A DNA stretch of 64,000 bases from Pseudomonadota bacterium (GTDB lineage: Bacteria > UBA10199 > 2-02-FULL-44-16 > JAAZCA01): contig JAZDOG010000020.1 in NCBI GenBank assembly GCA_043798915.1, positions 48,520 through 112,519 on the forward strand, read 5' to 3'. The notes beneath the pieces were generated by a model. That model was not told the DNA's origin. It did not search any database and worked only from the letters and a program-made list of their open reading frames with translations. Of the stretch, positions 62,641 through 64,000 are shown piece by piece (within the stretch, counting starts at the first letter, position 1; every line of letters starts with the position of its first letter). A program made the translations under genes and the position numbers.

Positions 62641-63945
62641 ATGTTCGAGCTAGTTGAGAATCATGCGCAGAACGCAAAAATCAAGGTGATAGGGATAGGC
62701 GGAGGCGGGGGCAACGCAATCAACACGATGATGGAGTTGGGCCTCGACGGCGTGGACTTCATCGCCGCCAACACGGATATGCAGGCGCTCAAGGCGAACA
62801 AGGCGCCGAACAAGGTGCAGCTCGGCCGCGAGCTGACCAAAGGGCTGGGCGCCGGGGCGAACCCCGACGTCGGCAAGAACGCGGCCCTCGAAGATCAGAG
62901 GGCGATCGCCGAGCACCTGCAGGGCGTGGACATGGTCTTCATCACGGCCGGGATGGGCGGAGGCACCGGCACCGGCGGCGCACCGGTCGTTGCAAAGATC
63001 GCCAAGGAGATGGGCGCGCTCACGGTGGGCGTGGTCACGAAGCCCTTTTCGTTCGAGGGAAAGCAGCGCACGCATCAGGCGGAGCGGGGCATCATGGAAC
63101 TCCGCGACGTGGTGGACACGCTGATCACCATCCCCAACGAAAAGCTCCTGGGAGTCGTCACCAAGGACGTGACGCTTGTCGACGCGTTCAAGCAGGCCGA
63201 TGAGGTCCTTCACCGCGCGGTGAAGGGAATCTCGGACCTCATCACCGTCCACGGCCTCATCAACCTCGACTTCGCCGATGTCAGGACCGTGATGAACGAG
63301 ATGGGCATGGCCCTCATGGGCACCGGCACCTCGACAGGCGAAGGTCGCGCGCTCGATGCGGCGACCAGGGCGATCTCGAGCCCGCTGCTCGAGGATGTCT
63401 CGATAAAGGGAGCGACCGGGATACTGATCAACATAACCGGCGGACCGAACATGACGCTCCACGAGATCAGCGAGGCCAGCAAGATCATCCAGGAAGAGGC
63501 GCACGAGGACGCGAACATCCTCTTCGGCGCGGTGATAGACGAGGGCATGCAGGACGAGATACGCGTCACCGTGATCGCGACCGGCTTCAACAAGCCGCTC
63601 GCGAAGATGGCAAGGCCGGTGGTCCAGAAGCATATCGCTCCGTATGGGTGCGTGCAGCCAGCGGCGCCAATGCCGCGCGTGATTGCGATGCCGGTCGTCG
63701 AGGCGAGGCCGCAGATGGCCCGCGCCGCGGCGCCTTCATACCCCTCATGGTCTGCTGCCGTGCCTGCGGGCGCCATGAGGAACTCCCCTGGCGAGGCGGT
63801 ACTCGGGCTGGAGGAGGTTCCGATGACGCACAAGGCGCAGGAGTTCCGCGGCGACATCAAAGAAATGGCGAGGGAGATAGGCGTCCTCGAATATCAGGAG
63901 GACGAGTTAGACATCCCGACATTCTTAAGGAAGCAGGCGGATTAG
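62641..63945 (+). CDS. ftsZ: Cell division protein FtsZ
   Basis: [33 protein letters not shown]-terminal [11 protein letters not shown]. Confidence 0.98.
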   Translation: MFELVENHAQNAKIKVIGIGGGGGNAINTMMELGLDGVDFIAANTDMQALKANKAPNKVQLGRELTKGLGAGANPDVGKNAALEDQRAIAEHLQGVDMVFITAGMGGGTGTGGAPVVAKIAKEMGALTVGVVTKPFSFEGKQRTHQAERGIMELRDVVDTLITIPNEKLLGVVTKDVTLVDAFKQADEVLHRAVKGISDLITVHGLINLDFADVRTVMNEMGMALMGTGTSTGEGRALDAATRAISSPLLEDVSIKGATGILINITGGPNMTLHEISEASKIIQEEAHEDANILFGAVIDEGMQDEIRVTVIATGFNKPLAKMARPVVQKHIAPYGCVQPAAPMPRVIAMPVVEARPQMARAAAPSYPSWSAAVPAGAMRNSPGEAVLGLEEVPMTHKAQEFRGDIKEMAREIGVLEYQEDELDIPTFLRKQAD

Positions 63946-64000
63946 GCGGATTGAACAGTTGTCAAGCGACGTCGTGTCGGATAATGCTTTGACAACGGGC

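Overview
64 kb of bacterial chromosome with GC-rich core genes. The gene content suggests a Gram-negative, deltaproteobacterium-like lineage, but that is inference only. Blocks: (1) 1-11.8 kb, a mosaic surface-glycan island (DegT aminotransferase, GT2/GT4/GT39-like transferases, wecB, gmd, manC, an AT-rich methyltransferase); (2) 11.9-22.4 kb, a polysaccharide export/modification locus with two ExeA-type AAA ATPases bracketing HD-GYP, wza, wzc, a TIM-barrel protein and VanZ, followed by carbamoyltransferase-SGNH-SxtJ-like-SxtK-like genes; (3) 22.5-34 kb, mixed genes (LD-carboxypeptidase, cold-shock protein, trmJ, PilZ, J-domain-PilZ fusion, receiver-PPDK_N protein, FAD oxidoreductase, acyl-CoA dehydrogenase, two YcbK peptidases, zincin); (4) 34-42.1 kb, an accessory patch with repeated promoter-like sequences, MITE-like elements, ilvE, preTA and a candidate ABC-ATPase + PD-(D/E)XK nuclease defence pair; (5) 42.1-45.8 kb, phosphoesterases, rsmG and a cNMP-domain MscS channel; (6) 46.3-63.9 kb, the dcw cluster mraZ to ftsZ, with a STAS gene between mraZ and rsmH and no ddl. 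No rRNA, tRNA, CRISPR array, integrase or transposase was recognised. Calls are by motif recognition only; no database searches were run.
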